Below are positions 16,542 to 17,976 of a stretch of DNA of 17,976 nt, piece by piece (within the stretch, counting starts at the first letter, position 1; each line of letters opens with the position of its first letter). The position numbers were made by a program, and so were the translations under genes. Source of the DNA: Fibrobacterota bacterium (lineage in GTDB: Bacteria; Fibrobacterota; Fibrobacteria; UBA11236); the NCBI GenBank assembly GCA_043753995.1, contig JAYUVP010000178.1, positions 1 through 17,976 of the forward strand, read 5' to 3'. The notes beneath the pieces were generated by a model, which saw only the letters and a program-made list of their open reading frames with translations, had not been told where the DNA came from and did not search any database.

Positions 16542-17381
16542 TCAGTAAGAAACGTTTCCGCAATACGTGTGCAAGGCCGGGCTGGCGCTGGAATTAACCG
16601 ACGTGGTCGCATTTTGGTCCCACACGCCTTTGATCCACCAATAGGTTTTATAATGGCCTTGTAAAACCGTCCAGCTCCCACCCTTGCCGTCAATGTTCAC
16701 TTTCCAAATGCTATTCCCCGTGGCCGCGCATACTGTGCCTGCCCATAATTCGATGCTGGTGGAGTTCACCTTGGACCAGTTATAGTTGTAGTTGAACCAG
16801 TTATAGTCCCAGTATTTTTTGCAATCGGTGAGAGTTGCCAGCCATTGATAGTCGCAGCAACCATTATTGCAGCCCACTGGAGCGGCGGCTTTCGGGAGCG
16901 CTTGGCCGGCTTGACCTCTTGGGGACTCGCCGAAAATTTCCGACATGGGTGTAGGGCGTTCCCGTGACATGGACATATCGGGCAGGTTTTTCAAACGTGT
17001 CTGAATATCCGTTAAGGCTTTGGGCATTGGGGTGCCAGGGGCGGCGAGTTTCCAAATTCCTGAAAGCTTCTCTGCCGGGCTGACGCCCAGCTTTGCCAGA
17101 GCTTCTGAGGAACGGGCCTCGTCCAGGAAAGGCGTGGTGCCGGCCTTTCCGGTTTCCAGAACCATGACGTCGGATTCGAAGTCTTGGAATTCCAAGGTAT
17201 TGCCATTGGAAAGGGCAATCTTGGCGACCGGAGTTGGATCCAATGGTAACGAATTGGATTTTTCGACGGCTGGCTGATTATTTGCCGTAGGTTCCGATAA
17301 GTCCGAGTTTGTGCAGGCAATAGCCAGGAGAGCAAGGCTTGCCAGCGCCCCAAATTTGAGTGTTGAAGGGGAAAAATTCAT
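16542..17381 (-). CDS. Lipoprotein with Cys/Trp-rich C-terminal domain
   Basis: Lipobox-like AIAC at the end of the signal. After LPKAAA comes a ~113-aa domain with 6 Cys and many W/Y/N. Confidence 0.8.
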   Translation of the reverse strand: MNFSPSTLKFGALASLALLAIACTNSDLSEPTANNQPAVEKSNSLPLDPTPVAKIALSNGNTLEFQDFESDVMVLETGKAGTTPFLDEARSSEALAKLGVSPAEKLSGIWKLAAPGTPMPKALTDIQTRLKNLPDMSMSRERPTPMSEIFGESPRGQAGQALPKAAAPVGCNNGCCDYQWLATLTDCKKYWDYNWFNYNYNWSKVNSTSIELWAGTVCAATGNSIWKVNIDGKGGSWTVLQGHYKTYWWIKGVWDQNATTSVNSSASPALHTYCGNVSY

Positions 17382-17730
17382 GAATCCACCATGTTGAGTG
17401 TTGAGCGCCGAATCCGCTCGCGCTTTTTCGGTACTCTACTTAGAGGCTTTGGGGGCTCCGATTGTGTCAAGAAATTTTCAGGGTAAGTTCGGTAGCGATA
17501 AGACCGTATTCATTTTATCAATTAATTGAAACCGGAAAAGCGTCCCACCCAGTCCTAGGTACGGACAGGCGCTCAACGCTCTAAGCTGACTAGCCATTCC
17601 TAAGCGTTTGCCGCGTCACGATTCAATCAGCAAGCAATGCGTCGAGTTTAGGCATTGCTGCTTGTACACCTACTTTCCTCTTCATGGCCACTTGCTCCGC
17701 GCCATAATGGCTTGAAAACTGCCTGGCACA

Positions 17731-17755
17731 GATTATGCTCTATGATTATGCTCTA
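17731..17755. repeat. Short tandem duplication (gattatgctcta x2, 13-bp period)
   Basis: gattatgctcta-t-gattatgctcta. Confidence 0.7.
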
Positions 17756-17818
17756 GGGATGCTCAGCTGAATTCAGAATGTGTATTCTAAAGTCAGCGCG
17801 GATCCTAGGAGACTTTCA

Positions 17819-17976
17819 ATGCCAATCGACGTCAAGCTTTTTCGAAAGTTGTTTTTTGCCGTGACCCTGATAGGCTGCTCCTTGGAAGCGCATGCGCAAT
17901 TTATTGAGCCCATGTCGGCGGAGGAAATTTGTCGATTGCTGAAAATGTCCACGGCTTGGGGTGTCCGTGGTTATAA
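17819..17976 (+). CDS. Exported protein, 5' part only
   Basis: SD AGGAG then MPIDVKLFRKLFFAVTLIGCSLEAHA-QFIEP..., open to the window end, with a signal peptide (AHA|Q). Confidence 0.65.
   Translation, partial: MPIDVKLFRKLFFAVTLIGCSLEAHAQFIEPMSAEEICRLLKMSTAWGVRGY

Overview
Bacterial chromosomal window, probably FCB group/Fibrobacterota. This is inferred from protein styles, D-S/T sequons and repeat type, not proven. It carries accessory and housekeeping genes: two exported or lipoprotein genes (the first cut by the window edge), a coupled pair of a small membrane-anchored protein and an HTTM (gamma-carboxylase-like)-DCC thiol-oxidoreductase fusion, an ABC-F ATPase (Uup-like), a hybrid histidine kinase, a YciI-DUF1801-DHFR-like cluster whose DHFR-like gene appears internally deleted, DUF2461, an RNAP alpha-CTD-like protein, an AraC regulator with a tandem SnoaL gene and a 21-bp-spaced operator, a frameshifted VIT-domain gene and a Cys-rich lipoprotein. 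The most notable hidden feature is in the apparently non-coding gap 7052-7975. It holds two small (46 and 55 aa) single-TM ORFs below the ORF-track cutoff that share an AD-x-x-FW motif. Each sits behind a perfect TGTGA-N6-TCACA CRP-type box at class II spacing and a -10 hexamer 7 nt before the ATG, suggesting leaderless mRNAs. A ~100-bp hairpin-rich repeat occurs twice and a structurally similar element once. No rRNA, tRNA, CRISPR array or transposase was seen.
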